A stretch of DNA of 63,709 nt, counting the filler, from Kipferlia bialata (Eukaryota), in NCBI GenBank assembly GCA_003568945.1. It is 7 parts of 5 records of this genome, joined end to end, with 100 filler letters (N's around TTAATTAATTAA, not from the genome) between each part and the next. Parts side by side here need not be neighbours in the genome. Positions count along the whole stretch, not along the records: positions 1 to 14,417 come from BDIP01000052.1; 6 more parts are not named here. One strand, 5' to 3'. The notes under the pieces are model-generated. The model was not told where the DNA came from and made no database searches. It worked only from the letters and a program-made list of their open reading frames with translations. Made by a program: the position numbers and the translations under genes. The stretch's first letter is position 1; every line of letters begins with the position of its first letter. Below are positions 1-14,417 of this stretch, in pieces.

Positions 1-68
1 TACATTCAAGTAGTGTCACCTTCTTAAGGTTGTCTCTGTGTCTGGGCCCCCCCCCCCCCTCACCCCAG

Positions 69-3000
69 ATCCTCCTCTGTGTCCGAGGCCTCTGCCACCC
101 TGGGTGCCCAGATATACCAGGCACAGCACACACTCACAGGGTATGGGAATATCTACTATATATGAGCATGAATACTAAGGTAATCACCTATCTCACCCCC
201 AGTGTGTGTGACAGTCACTCTGCCAGGCTGGATGCCCTGGAGACAGAGACCATACCCACCATGCAGGCAGACATCAAGTACGCAGTCTGTGTATGTCACG
301 TTTGTACATGAAATTGTGTATTCCATCTCCTACTTATGTCCAGTCTTTATATACATATATTCAGAGATACCCTCCCACCCCCAGGTCCACCACGAGTGTG
401 TCCTCCCAGGCCATGCCCCGCCTAGAGGCAGAGGCTGCCCTTGACACCCTGTCCCAGACACACACACAGGGGGTGCAGACAGTGCAGGCAGCGGTGGATG
501 CAGCAGTCACTAAGGTATGGAGGGTAGTGTTTGTATATGTGTGAGTTGATAATGACTCTCCAATGGTATACTGTATCTATATGTTATTGTATTGTCTCTC
601 TCTATGTTTGTACACCACCCAACCCCAGGCTGCGGCCGGTCTGACTGAGGTGAGGCAGGAGGGAGAGAGAGAGAGGGCAGCCCTCAAGGAGGAGGCACAG
701 GCCGCAACAGCAGAGCTCAAGGTTAGACATGACTAATGTATACATACACACTTCATTGATCTCTATGTAGGTGTATACACAGATGAAACATGTATACCCC
801 TATTCCCCTCCCTCTGACCCCAGGCCTCTGTGCAGTCTGACATAGCTGCTGTACAGGCAGAGGCAACTAGGACAGGTACATGCTGTGTATATGTGTTGTA
901 TATCTCGCTGCCTCCCCCTTCATTTTCTCACCCCAGCCTCTGCCCTGCGTGACACCACCACCTCCCTGTCCACCCATGTGTCTGCCTCTGCATGTGCCCT
1001 GGCTAAGGTGGAGGGAGACATGGCAGACAGGACAGAGGGAGTGAGGCAGGAGGTGGGTGGCAGATTTGGTAGTATATACTGATATGCCCGTGTCCTATCC
1101 CTGCAGACCAGATCCTCTCTATCTGTCAGTCATTCATTGTATAATCTATAGACACTATACACTGTATACACACACTCTCTCTCTCTCCCCTGACCCAGGT
1201 CCTGTCCCTCCAGACCAGACTGGCCGAGGAGAGACAGACAGAGAGGGAGACACTCACAGGGTACTGCGACACAGCAGGTGGGTACTGACTCTCTCTCTCT
1301 CTCTCTTTCGTGTGTCTCTCTCCCGCTGTGTTCTTCTGACTCATTGCGCTCTCTCCCTCCCTATGTACCTTCTCACCCCAGTGACCTCCCTGCGCTCCGA
1401 TCTCTCTGCCTCCCTGGCCTCTGCCTCTGCACAGTCCCTGTCAGACAGACAGAGGATAGAGAGAGAGGCCGCAGAGAGAGACGCAGCCGCAAGGTTAGTG
1501 TGTTGTATATATACCTTGATCACTCAATTCCAATTGATATTTGTTTACTGAGTAGTCCTCTCCTCTCACCCCCAGGGCCGAGTCGACCTCTGCCCTCGAG
1601 TCCCTCACCCGTGACCACACGTCCCTGTCCACCTGCCACACCCTGCTAGAAGAGAGGGTGGGGGCACTCGACACAGGGGTGGAGGCCAGCCTCGCCAAGG
1701 TGGGTGTGGTATATGTATATGAATTGTGTTGACTTTTTGTTTTCCCACTGCGTCTGACCCCCAGGTGACCGAGTCCCTCCAGGCCCTGGCCGAGACACAC
1801 AAGGGAGACGTGGAGGTAGGGGGTGTATGGACGTATATATTGATGTGTATACATACCTATCCTCACCCCAGACCCTGCGTGCCTCAGCCGTTGTGTCTGC
1901 CCAGGAGAGTGAGGACAGGGACGATGCCCTGCAGACCAGTGTGTGTGAGGTGGCAGAGGTGGGTGGAGTATTCATATATTATCTCATTATATACACCCTC
2001 CCTATGTATCGTCTGATTCCAGATCCTGACTGCCCTCTCTACCCAGGTGGAGGGTGTGTCCATGGAGACAGTCCTGTCACACACACAGGCAGTGAGGGCA
2101 GACCTCGAGGCACAGGTGGGGGATAGATATGTGTATGTGTGTAAGCATGTATGTATGTGTATAGTGAGTGCATACCCCCCCTAACACCCAGGTGGCAGAT
2201 GCCGCCAAGGTGTCTGCTGAGAGGTCATACCTACTGGCATCTGAGGCAGAGAGAGAGAGAGAGGCAGTGGCTAAGGTGGGTGCCTCTCTATCTATCTTAT
2301 TCTCTCCCTCCTTCTCTCTATTGTATCTTGTATATACCCCCCTGACCCCCAGTCCCTGCAGGCTGGCACCGACAGTGTGTCTGCCCTGTCCTCTGCCCTC
2401 CAGACCCTGGACGACAAGGCCATGAGGGGCATCGCAGCTGTCAAGACAGAGACCCAGGACAGGTGGGGGTGCTACTATTGTGGTAGTGCTTGTATGTGAT
2501 ACATTCCCTCACCCCAGGTGCCTTGCTGTGGAGGCTGCTGCTGAGGCCGGCCTCAGGACAGGCAGGGAGGAGAGAGAGAGAGACATGGCAAAGCAGGTAC
2601 GATGTACATATTGTGGTATTAATGCTCTCTTTGTGCAGGTGACTGACTGACACATCTGTATTCAGGCATACCCTCACCCCCAGGACCTGTCCCTCTCTGT
2701 CATTAGGGATGACCTCTCCACATATGAGGCCAGTCTGGCAGGGTCAGTGGCGGCACTCGACGCACAGGTACATGTACAGTGTATATCTATATCTATACAC
2801 ACACACACACCCCCCCCCCTCCCCCCAGGTCAATGCGGCCATTGAGTCCACCAGGGCAGAGACCCTGGACAGGATAGCAGCAGCACAGGACGGGATCAGG
2901 GTGCTGTCGGAGCAGGTAGGGGGTTATATATGTAAATAGTTATTATATATGTGTATGTATATGTATGTGAAGGGATGTCCATATCCCACCCCAGACCGAC

Positions 3001-4191
3001 TCCCGCCTCAAGGCCCTGGGCCAGAGGGCAGCAGCGGAGATAGTGTCGGTGGGAGCATCAGTCTCAGAGCTCAAGAACACGGTGGCTAGGTATGGGGATA
3101 TATGGATATAGGCTGCATCATAGTGACGCTCTTCCTCTATACCCCCCCCCCCACCTCTCCTTCCTCCCCTCACCTGCCAGGCGCCTTGTGGAGCTTAGGG
3201 AGGGTGCCGAGACAGAGCAGAGGGACAGGGAGGCACTAGCCAGGTTCGCATATGCTTATACATATATATATATGCATATACCTCTCACCCCAGGTCTGTG
3301 CAGGAGAGGCAGGATAAGTGGGAGACCCAGGGCCACAAGGCACACGCAGACCTCGCAGCTACGGTGGGTGGACTACACTATATATGTAATTGTGTGTGAC
3401 ATGCTCTCACCCCCCAGCTAGCTGCCCAGCAGGCCGAGATGCAGACTGGCCTTGATGTGAGAGTGGGTGCCATTGAGGCATCCCTGTCCTCCCTCAGCAG
3501 CAACCAGGTACTCTCTCTTTCTCTCCCTCTGTCTTTCTATCTCTCATTTCTTCTCCCACTAACTGTCAGGCTGAGCTCCTCAGTGATACTGAGAGGGTGA
3601 GACAGGAGCTGGTGCGCAGTGTGCATGACACACAGGACTCATTCAGGTTTGTATACTCCCTTCCTTAGCCTCCTGTCTACTAACCATCTAACCCTCTAGG
3701 CAGAGCATTGGGACAGTGAGGTCTGAGATCAACGATGTGTCTGAGCAGTCCACAGAGTGTGCCGCCAACATCAATGCCATGGAGGCAATGCTGTCATCGA
3801 CTAGGTACTGTCGCTGTCCATAACCTTTCTAATGCTCTCTTCTGGACCCCCTCCCCCCCTCACCCCAGGTCCAGATCTGAGGCTGTCTCCAGAGAGATCC
3901 AGGGCTCTGTGCACAAGCTCACATCTAGGTATGGTACTGACATACCGTTCTTATAGTGGAGTCTAACTGTCCTTGTGTATTTGTCACTCTCTCTCTCTCT
4001 CTCTCCCTCTCTGACCCTCCAGAGTGGCTGACTCCGGCCACAGGTGGAGAGAGATGGGGGCCACCCTCGACGCTCGGTACGTATCGTGTAGGATACACTA
4101 TATACATCGTGTAGTTACTGTGTCTCACCCCAGCTTCATCGAGGTCAAGAACAGTGTGGCCCTCCTGGAGAGAAGGGTCAAGCACGTCTAG
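69..4191 (+). CDS. Multi-exon long coiled-coil protein, 5' incomplete
   Basis: About 20 short exons flanked by GT...CCCCAG introns give an A/E/Q/R-rich heptad-like sequence; last exon ...FIEVKNSVALLERRVKHV* with TAG at 4189-4191. Confidence 0.75.
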
Positions 4192-4765
4192 AGGGAGAGA
4201 GGGAGAGAGTGGTTGTGTGTCTATCACGTGTGACACGTGAGGATACGACCGATCCGCATAGGACCTACAGAAAGAGAGAGGGGTCCATGCTACATGTATA
4301 TTTAATAGACCAAGTGTCAGTGTGTTGAAGATTCTCCACTTAATCGTCATATTTATATTACAATATCGATGAGAATAGTAGGGAGCTAAAAGTAGTCTAT
4401 TGCCCGTACGCAGAGATAGAATTTTCCAGCTGGGTAACCGCCGCCACATACTTCTGAGCATTGGGCACTGTTATTGCCGAGAGTCGACAGGTTGTCAATG
4501 ACAACGCTTCTTAGAGTTGGCCTCGCACCCGTCTGTCCCTACCTCTCTCTCACACACAGCACAGCAGGATGAGGTGAAGCGGGAGGAGAGCCGTCCGAGT
4601 TCTCTCTCTTGTACAGTATACCAAAAGAGGATACATGGCCTGACCGACAGTGCCCATTGGCAGTCTCAGTGGTCAGAACATTCCAAGATACGGTGTGCGT
4701 GCATGCCCCTTCTCATGTCTCATGCCTCATGTCTCATGTCTCCATGCTGCACTCAGCTCCAACAC

Positions 4766-5430
4766 TCACCGGAGCTTCTTCTCCATTTTCACACAGCACA
4801 CATCGTACCCAGGCAGAGTGATGCGGGTGATCTCATCGCTGGTGGGTCTGATGTCCTGGCCACGAAGGTATCCCTGCTTGCCGTACCAGGTGAACAGGTC
4901 AGGACGCACATTCAGCACACCCATACCTATATCTGCAGTCACAGATGCACCCCCTGCCTCTGTGGCTGACTGTAGCACTAGCCGCTCTGCTTCGCGTATG
5001 AGAGCAGAGCCAATACCACGGCGGTCGAACTGCCTTCCCACTGCCACGCACCCAAAGGTACCCTTGCAGTGCACACCTCTCTCCCTCTCTCCCTCCCCCG
5101 ATACAGTGACAGTGCGACTGAGGTACAGACACCCCACTATCTGCCCTCCCCCAGGGGCACATGCACACAGATAGTCACCCTCTCCATCCATCATACCCTG
5201 CACGTCCTGTCTGGTGAAGCGCTGGTGGTACTCGGGCAGCTTGAAGAACTCATCGGCCTGTCATCAGTATAGGTAGAGGTAAAAGTATAGGTATAGGTGT
5301 CAGTATCAGCATCAGTTTCTACCCCTCATACCTTGTATGCATCGTTGGATATTGACAGGATGGATTCTAGGTCATCATGGCAGCCGAGACGAAACTCCAC
5401 AGTTGAGCCGTTAACATCTGGAGAGTGCAT
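4766..5430 (-). CDS. GNAT-family N-acetyltransferase (2 exons; intron 5258-5331)
   Basis: Spliced sequence MHSPDVNGSTVEFRLGCHDDLESILSISNDAYK|ADEFF...; acetyl-CoA motif A FGCVAVGRQFDRRGIGSALIREAE; C-terminal VLNVRPDLFTWYGKQGY. Confidence 0.85.
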
Positions 5431-5576
5431 CTGGAGAGGCGGTGAATCAGGGTTCTGGAGTAAACACTATTGAAAGAAGGATTTATGCTAGGGTGTGAGG
5501 GAAGGTGCATCGAGATGAAGTAAAGGAGGGGGGGGGGGTGGGGAGGGGGGGGGGGGGGGGGGGGGATGCAATACCT

Positions 5577-6107
5577 ACGTCTGTTAGCCAGGAACAGGTT
5601 CTTGGCCTCGGTCTCCTCTCTGACACGGGACCTCTCCTCGGCAAGGAAGTCACGGTCAAAGCGGCTCTGAGATAAGGAGCAAGTATAAAGGACAAATAGT
5701 GCTTGAGACACGAATATAGCGTGTGACCCCATGGACAGACACGTGCTGCGGGTACCTCCTCCGATATGTAGCCACTGGTCCCTTCCTCCGCGTGCTGGAT
5801 GTCGCCTGGGTCCTGGTAGGAGTGGTAGTCCTCTCGCCGCCTGCTCAGCCTGGATGTAAGGCAGGGTCATCACAATCACACACATATATCCTCGGGGGGT
5901 TCCACATGACAACGCCAGAAACAACTAAGAGAACACTGACAGCCAAGCACAATCCAAAGAGCAAGAGGCCACAGGCTAAAATTTCCCTGCTGTATCTCAT
6001 GTCCCTCACCTGCTCTTCTCCTTCAGATCCCTGTCAGCATCTGCCTTGCGCTCCAACCTGGTGCGGGGCTTCCACCTACCCCCAATAACCACCTCTTCGT
6101 CCTCCAT
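5577..6107 (-). CDS. Small charged helical protein; 3' end unresolved at a poly-G/C run
   Basis: Three spliced exons MEDEEVVIGGRWKPRTRLERKADADRDLKEKSR|LSRRREDYHSYQDPGDIQHAEEGTSGYISEE|SRFDRDFLAEERSRVREETEAKNLFLANRR; no convincing next exon. Confidence 0.6.
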
Positions 6108-6553
6108 TTGCTGGGTGAGGAGAGAGGAGTCCGAGGAATATGAGGGCCAAAGCTATCACTAAAGGGTGCCGTATAAATCCAAAAACTTCGGTGAAGCAAG
6201 TTGCTTCAAGCAACTAGCCTTGTCAGTGACAAGGCCTTTATTGCATTGCATACCAACTATATTGTCACTGTGCCACAGTGGCTATGGCAATTATTTATAC
6301 CACAGTAGTTCCCCCCATACTAAGATGGTATTGCCGTGTGCCCTAATATGCCCTAATATATACCGCTCTTACCCTTTCTCGTCGAAGGGTAGTACGCTCA
6401 GGATACTCAGGTCTTGCAGATAACGACCAGACAGTATCTATTGAACAACAAAGACCAATAACAAAGACGAACACTCACAAATATCTGAGTGGGAAACGCA
6501 ACACAATCGATAACATAATACACTACTACACTGGGCCCCTGGGAGGGAGGGCC

Positions 6554-9500
6554 TCACCATATGGACCTCTTGCCTCTCTTCTGGGCATTGAGGGCATTGA
6601 CTCTCTCCCCGCCCTTCCCGTCTGGGTCGACCCTCAGGACATCCATCCCAGACAGCACAAGCCGGTCACGCTCACGGTCCCGAGTCTGGGGTGAGGGGTA
6701 CTGGCGACATGGGAGACAGGAAAGAGCAAGAGAGGAGATATTCATGCCGACACCCGTATATATCAGGTACCTGATACTGCTGGGGGGGGAGCGGGGCCCT
6801 GTTCCTAGACCCTCTGCCACTCGGGGCAAACACTAGGGACTGGACCTGCACCGCTGCCCCGTCCCTGTCTCTCCTGACCCCCGGCTCTCTCTCACCGGAC
6901 ACGTGCCCCCCCCTGTCTAAGCTCTGTCTGTAGGGCGAGGGCCTCTCCCTCTCCTTGGCCCCAGACATGGAGGTGCCGGACACAGACACCCTCTGCAGGG
7001 GCTGCCCCACCGACCTAGAGTGTGACATGGACCTATGCCCCACCAGCCGGTCCCGGTCACTCTCTCTGTCTCTATCCCTGTCCCTGGTCGCTGTGTACCC
7101 AAGGCCGGACACAGACCGCATCTGCCGCCCGTCACCCCGCTCTCTCTCCCTGTTCAGAGGCCTGTCCACACGGCCAGAGGGTCTGGGGTCAGCAGTATCA
7201 TGTATATGACGTGTATATATTAATACACACATATATACATATGCACATGTACCCAATATGCACCCACCTGGCCATATCCCCACTGACTACATACACCCCA
7301 AAGGCATTGGACTTGCCACCCTCATTCTCTCTCTCTCTCTCGCCACGCTTCTCCAAGGGCTTCCCATCTAGCTCGGCCAGGTCTGGACAGTACTGGGCCA
7401 CGGCCAGAAGGTACCCGTGCTTGCGGCAGAGGCTGTTGCCCTGGAGTCAGAGGGGGCATATACTGGGGTCCAATGCACAATATGATAGCACCCACTCATA
7501 CACAATATGCCGACAGTTTCCCTAACAGTATTAATACCCATCTCCGTTGCCTGCAGGTTGAGTTGAGTGAGCTCTGGCAGCGAGCTGAGCCTGGCCAGCT
7601 CGCGTGTCTCTGTGACCCTGTTCTTACACAGCGACAGGGCCCTCAGCTTGTGTAACACGGGGGACCCCTTGGCCGGGGACAGCCACTCGAGGCTCTTGGC
7701 CCCCACCCTGTGGGTCAGAGACACAGGAGGGTGGGGGGGGACTCTATACACAGAAGGTATATATACAGTGACAGAGGTGGGCTATAGAGTTTAGAACCCT
7801 CACCTATCTGCTAGAAGGGATGTGAGGCGGTAGCACCCGTCGAAGGTGCCTATGCACACCGTCCTGAGGGGGTTGTAGGAGATGTCGAGGTGCAGCAGCC
7901 CCGGCAGACACCCAAAGGCCCTCGTCTCCAGGACAGATATGGCATTGTGGCCAAGGTGCAGCTCCTGAGAGGTGGGACAAGGGGGGGGGTATCACACAAA
8001 CACTGACTCCTGTACGTATGCATGTATGCATGTATGCATGCATGTACTATATGACTGCACCTGTAGATGGACTAACATGCCAAAGGGAGGGGGGAGGTCA
8101 TCAGGCTCCTCCTCGGCACCGGTGTCCTGGGTATCATTGCACCTGGGGGAAGGGAGGGAGAGGAGTGATACGAATGGGATGGTACTGCGACTTCACGAGT
8201 TTAGTGCACACACCTTGGGAGGAAGTCGAGTCTGTTGTGGCTGAGGTCGAGGGATGTCAGCTTGTGGAAGGAGAGGCAGGGGAACCCGGTGGACGCATGG
8301 TAAAGGCCCTCCAACGATATCTGGCCGTTAACAACAAGGAAATTCAAATATCGAAGTTAGATAACCAAAAGAGTTACATCCTGTAAACAGCCTGATGAAC
8401 CCGCACTAGGGTTGTGGTCTGATAGTATCGGTACAATGGAAAGAGTTACTGGTACATATCCCAACACCGACCTTGTTGTCTGCCAGGTTGAGTGTCTCTA
8501 GCAGGGGCATGTCCCCCAGGGTGGCCAGAGAGCATATCTCGTTGTGGGACAGATCCAACTTGGTCTGGGGTGAGTGGGACAGTCCATGTGTATATGTGTC
8601 TGATGGGTCTCTCTCTGCCTCATAACGTATTAGATGTGTTGCAGCAGGCCTCACCAGCTGTGGCACGTTGGCCCTGTCCAGCGCTGTCAGCACCCGGATG
8701 CCCTGGCCGCTGAGGTCAAGCACAGTCAACGCCGCCAGTTCATCCATGGCATCAGCTCTGGTACGGGACATACACGCCTCGCCTAGGGGTGGGTGGGTAG
8801 GAGGGTGGGATAGCATGTCTACACTAGCACACACCTATGAGGAGGTCGAGCGTGACCCTGCCTCTGAAGTGTCCCTTGGCCCTGTCCTGCAGCTGCTGCG
8901 TCACAGTCAGGCCGTTGATGCACCTGGGGTGAGACGACACTGACATGCCCACACTGTGACACTCCCAATGCACATGTGTGTATGTGTGTGTATTCATATG
9001 CGTGTACCTGAGAGTGGGTATGAGGTGGAGGGCATACTCTGCGGGGGCGGCATCGGAGGGGAAGCAGTTGTCACTGACGTCCAGGATGGTGAGGGAGGGG
9101 GCAACGCCTGCCAGAACCCTCAGAGAGTCTGTCGAGCACAGCCGGTTGTGGTCAATGTACAGCTGAGGTGAGGTTCGAATAGGAGAGACACCCTAGCAGT
9201 ATAAGAAGCACACCACCAGCCCCCACCTCCACCAGACCCCTCATGGGCTGTAGGGCGTCTAGGGCAGACACCTTGTTGAAGGCTAGGTGCAACACAGAGA
9301 GGGAGGAGGCGCTGCAAAGAGGGGATATGTCGCTGATGTGGTTGCAGCTGACGTCCAGGGTCAACAGACGCCTCAGCAGGGTGGGCCCCAGAGGTGCCAG
9401 CGACGTGACATTGCAGTGGCACACGGACAGCTCCTCCAGACAGGGCAGGGGGGACAGACACCCCAGGTCGAGCATGGGGTTGTGGTCCAGTCTGAGCCTG

Positions 9501-12500
9501 GTCAGGGCCGAGAGGGAGGATGTGACAGAGGCTAGGGTCCTGACCCCGGCACACGGCAGGTCGACATCATAGGCAGAGTGTAGCAGAGAGTGGAGGGTGT
9601 CGTCAGAGGCGTCCTAGGGATGAGACTATGGTACATGAGAACTAAGGAGAATCCATACCTGCAGCGAGAGGGACTGGATGCGTGTGCTGCGGCTGTACAG
9701 TCCGTGCCCCTTGGGGATAGGCTGCCTCTGCCTAGGCTCCTGCCGCATGCCCCCCTCCCCCGTGTGTAATGTAATGCCGCAGGGCATGCTGGGGTACGGG
9801 CTGTGGGTATGGGGTGCAGCAGGAGAGGCCAGGATGGGGTCTCGGAGGACTGCGGTCAGGAGCCCCAGTCGGAGCTTGGACGACACTCTGAATGAGTAGG
9901 CCCCACTCAGACACGCAGGCAGGGTGTCGGTGCAGATACGGTATAGCACTCGGGAGTCGATGCTCACGAGGCTGGGTGAGACAATATAGCAAGAGAATCC
10001 TACGTCGGAGGGATTTGAAAAGCCCAATGGATATCAGTTATACATCTAGATCTATCCAGAAATATATATGCAGCACAGGACCACTCCAATACCTGGGTAT
10101 TGCCTCTCCCAGCGCTGCTGTGATGCCGCTCTGGGAGAGGTGGAAGGACCCCGGCCAGTCCCAGAGGGGGTTGCCACAGAGACAGAGGTGTCTGGGGTCA
10201 GGGGGGGGGGGTACAGAGAGGGGGCTGATGATACACATACACCGGAGCAAGACACCCACCTCAGCTGTGGGCATGCCTGTGCCAGGCTGCTGACAGTCCC
10301 CTTGACGTCGCTGAGTCTGTTGTGGGCCAGGGAGAGGGTCTCCAGGTAGGGCAGGGACCCCTGGCCCAGCCCCAGCTGAGTGAGGTGTGCGTGTGAGACA
10401 TCAAGGTGGGTGAGCATGGGAAGAGCGGGGAGGGAGGCGAGGGACGAGATGGGGTTGAAGGACACAGACAGGCAGCTGGAGTCCGACCGCATCCTCTCCC
10501 CCACCGCCTCCAGCGAGTCCAGGCCCAGACACCCCATGTCCAGGACCCCCTCCTCCAGGGGGACAGCGACCCCAGACGCAGGGGGGTGATCCTCCCCAAA
10601 GGTGGGTGAGGACAGGGAGGATATCGGGGATATAGCCTTAGTCCCAGGCTCGGGTGGTGCGCCCCTCATGTCGCCGTATGCGGCCTCCAGGTGGAGGAGG
10701 GGTCTGAGCACTGAGGCCATGTCCATGTGGGAGGGAAGGGAGGTACGGTCGGAGGGGGAGAGCAGAGAGGCAACGGGGTCCTGGGCAGATGCCGATGCCG
10801 ATGTCTCGAGCGTGTACTCGTACTCTACAAGGTACTCTACTAGGGTATGTCTGGGATTAGACCAAGGGTCACTCTGTGAGATGCAGACGTACGGAGGGCA
10901 CCCTGATACTATGCTCACACAAGCCGGCATACCTACCGTCACACACATACACCCGCTGCCGAGAGTCCGCAGGATGCGAGAGGTACACAACCCCACTCGC
11001 TGGATCGACCTCAGAGGAAGGGAGCCAGGACCTGACGGTAAGCAGTGCTATGACACTAATTCTGAGTGCTATGTCAGTGTATTGACATGACACATATGAA
11101 ATATATATGGTTCGGTCACTGTACACACACTTATATGGGGACTCTCACCTGACTGGGGCTACATCCCTGGCCTCTGGCGACACCACAGCCTTCTTGACCT
11201 TGGTGAGCACGGTCTTGAGCACAAGCACCTGGGGTCAAAGGGGGGGCGGGGGGTATATCCTTCACCTATACAGGTATACACCACTGGGACCCCACCTGTC
11301 CCCTTAGCTTGGGAGTGTTGGCCTCGTAGTAGTGCCGCAGCCTGGGATCCTGACATGCCTGGCAGGCAGACCGGTGTCTGGCCAGGTGCTGTCTGAACTG
11401 GGCCACCTAGATGTAAGGGTATATGGGTATATGGGTACATGGGTATATGGGTATATGGGGTATAGCAGAAGACAGACAGACCAATGAGTGATAGAGAACA
11501 CCAGCTGCCAGGGCCACTCCCCACCTTGTCACCATCGACCACGCCCATGCTGTTGGTCATGAGGATGCCGGACTGGTACACACCGCCTGGGACATGAGGG
11601 GGGGGGGGTTATTATACTAAGTGTGTGTAAGACTCATACTCTACACACACAATACACACCTGGGGGTAGACCTGGCAGGCCTCTCTCCGCCAGCCTCGGC
11701 AGGCTCCTGTACTCTGTGACGGGACAGGAGTGCAGAGGGGGGGGGAACGGGAAGGAGAGGGGGTCGGGCAAGTGGCTGTCCGGGGCAGAGGGGCCAGGGC
11801 CGTCGTGCCAGGGCTGAGGGGATACCGGAGCAGAGGCATCCGAGGTGGGGGTCTCAGGGGTCAGTAGGAACAGATACTCGACCCGGTCCTTGGCCTTGTT
11901 GGCCAGGCCGCTCCTCACGCCCCCCTCATACATCATATCCTGACAGTCAGGGCATCTACCAGACAACCTGATGACACCACAACACTGATATGTATACAGT
12001 TATATATGTATATATGTATATAGGGGTACCTGGAGAGACCTCTCGAACCCCGTTGCCGTGAACCTGTTCAGGGTACGTGTCACCTTGTGTACAGCGATGC
12101 CAGACACGGGCACACCCTGGCGGGTAAGAGGGGCTACAGCAAAGACATATGTACCCATATACAGACATAGACCGGGTCACTCTACCCCACCTGCTCTGTG
12201 AAGACTGAGGGGTCGAATCTGGACTCCAGCAGCCTCTGGCAGGAGGTGAAGGACGCAGAGTCCTCGGGACACGTGGCGAGGGAGACAGACACATTGCCCC
12301 CCGTCTCCAGTTCCGTGATGACTCGGTGGGACGCATTGGTGTAGTGGGCCCTCACGGCCTCTGTGCACCTGTCATACACCCCCCTCAACAGTGCCGCATG
12401 GGTACCGGTGAGGATGGGCGAGAGGGGGGGGGTCTCCAGGCAGGACCGGCCCAGGGCAGGGTTGGCTGAAAGCCTTTCAGCGAGTGCGGCTCTGCCCTCC

Positions 12501-14359
12501 ATCGCATTGGACGCACCCAGCAGACGCCGGAAGAGGCGGCCCACCACTAGCTGAGGTGAGAGGGGAATATATGAAACACACCCAACCACACTTGGACATC
12601 CATACAAACACACATTACCATGCCTCATGACTCCCCACCTGTGTCTGCACCTCCTTGGCCCTCAGCTGCTGTAGCTGCATGCTGTAGAACATCTTCTTCT
12701 TCACAAACACGGTCTCGGCCCGCTCTCTGTCCTGGTCCCCGCACAGGATGCCGTCGACGTAGGTGATGCCGGGCACGTGGTACAGACAGAAGACACGGAA
12801 GTTGGACAGAAGCGACACAGGGCAGGGGCCGAAGATGGGGTCGCTGAACACAACAGACCTGGGGGGAGAAGGGAGAAGGGAGAGGGAGAGTAGACTGATG
12901 GACATGATCAGCCTTACTGACTCCATACACACTATGGGCCCAGACTCTGCACAACAATACACAGCCCATGTGATATCTCCCTCTACACACACCTGAGTCT
13001 GCTAAGAGCCCTGAGTTTGGGCATCTCTGCGAAGGAGGAGATAGGGTTGCCAGCCAGGATAAGCTCCTGAGGGTAAGCAGAATGGATACATACAGAGCGT
13101 CTTCACTCGTGCACAATCCGATAGCACCAGTCCAACAATACAGAGAGAGTATACAACCCAGTCACCTCTGATCGTGAGTCCAATAATACAGTACATATAT
13201 ACATATATACATATATACACATATATATACAACCCAGTCACCTCGAGCATAGGCAGGGACTCCAAGGCTGCCGTGCTGAGGCCTGTCAGAGCATTGGCCG
13301 CTATGTTGAGGGACCGCAATGCAGTCAATCCCTGGACAGGCGTCAGTTTGGACACCTAGGGTAAGCAGGACTTACATATACTGGATAAAAGATGGACGGG
13401 AGACACAGTGGGAGGGGGGTGTATTCACAATATCCCTATGCCCTAGTCACTCTCTGACTGTAGATATATAAGACCCCCCCCCCACCTGGTTGTGGGACAT
13501 GGACAGGTGCACCAGAGAGGGCAGCTGGAGGTGGGTCGGGAGGGCTCTGATACTGGGGTCAGGCACCGCTGGAACCAGACTGATTACACTGAGAAACGTA
13601 TACTCCGCCCAACACACGTAAATGGTGGCTGTCGTACCAATTGTGCTCCAGATGTAGCCTCTCCAACTTGTGAAGGGTGTCTAACCCAGAGATCTCTTCA
13701 ATTTCATTGCAGCCTGGGAGTGAGAGGTGCTGTGAGTCGCTATACAGACTACTAGCGATGCTCCTCGTCCTCACCTAGCCACAGGTGTCTGAGCTCTGTG
13801 AGGTGGGTAAGGCCCTTGATGCACGATATGCGGCACTTCATCACCGACAGAGAGACCTGGTCAATGAGGGAAGGAGTGAGGAGAGAGACTTGGTACATGT
13901 GCCCTGAAGCAGCAGAGGCGTACCAGGGATGGCGCAAACACAGACAGCCCCTCGAGAGCCGGGTACCGAGGGTGCAGAAACATCTCGAGGGACAGGACCG
14001 CCTCCTCGTTGGGGTAGGAGATACAGGGGGAGGTAGTGGTGGCCTCGGCCTGGGGTGGGAGACACAGACACAAGGGTACAGAAGGGTATAGAAGGGTACA
14101 TAAGGAGATGGGTGCAGTAGAGATACAGTACCCCACCTGGATGCAGTATGGGAAGGAGGGGAGGTCTACGTCCTCCACCATGCCAGGGCTCTCTTCCATG
14201 ATGTCTGTCGGGTCTAGTCCCTGGGTCAGAGGCAGCAGATCTGTCACTCAATATACACTGATACCATGTGTAGACACTCACATTGGCCTCGCACAGCACC
14301 TCGAAGGCCTCCTCGTAGTCCTCATCGACTGAGTCATCATCATCGGAGGACGCATCGCT
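6554..14359 (-). CDS. LRRC9: Leucine-rich repeat protein LRRC9-like, 5' end in gap
   Basis: Many SDS22-type LRRs (LRSLNIAANAL, LETLSLAHNRL, LTLDVSCNHI). LRRC9-like segments FSDPIFGPCPVSLLSNFRVFCLYHVPGITYVDG, AETVFVKKKMFYSM and TLVEYLVEYEY; low-complexity R/E/S tail. Confidence 0.75.
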
Positions 14360-14417
14360 GGTGTGAGGGGGGGGGGGGGGGGCTACATAATGACTGTACG
14401 ATGTACACTGAAGCTAC

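Noticed and set aside
4224..4240. Palindrome TCACGTGTGACACGTGA (and GTTGTCAATGACAAC at ~4492)
   Set aside because: Short single instances with 1-nt loops; compatible with chance.
4714..4745. CATGTCT heptamer repeat after the GNAT stop
   Set aside because: Ordinary minisatellite in a repeat-rich genome.
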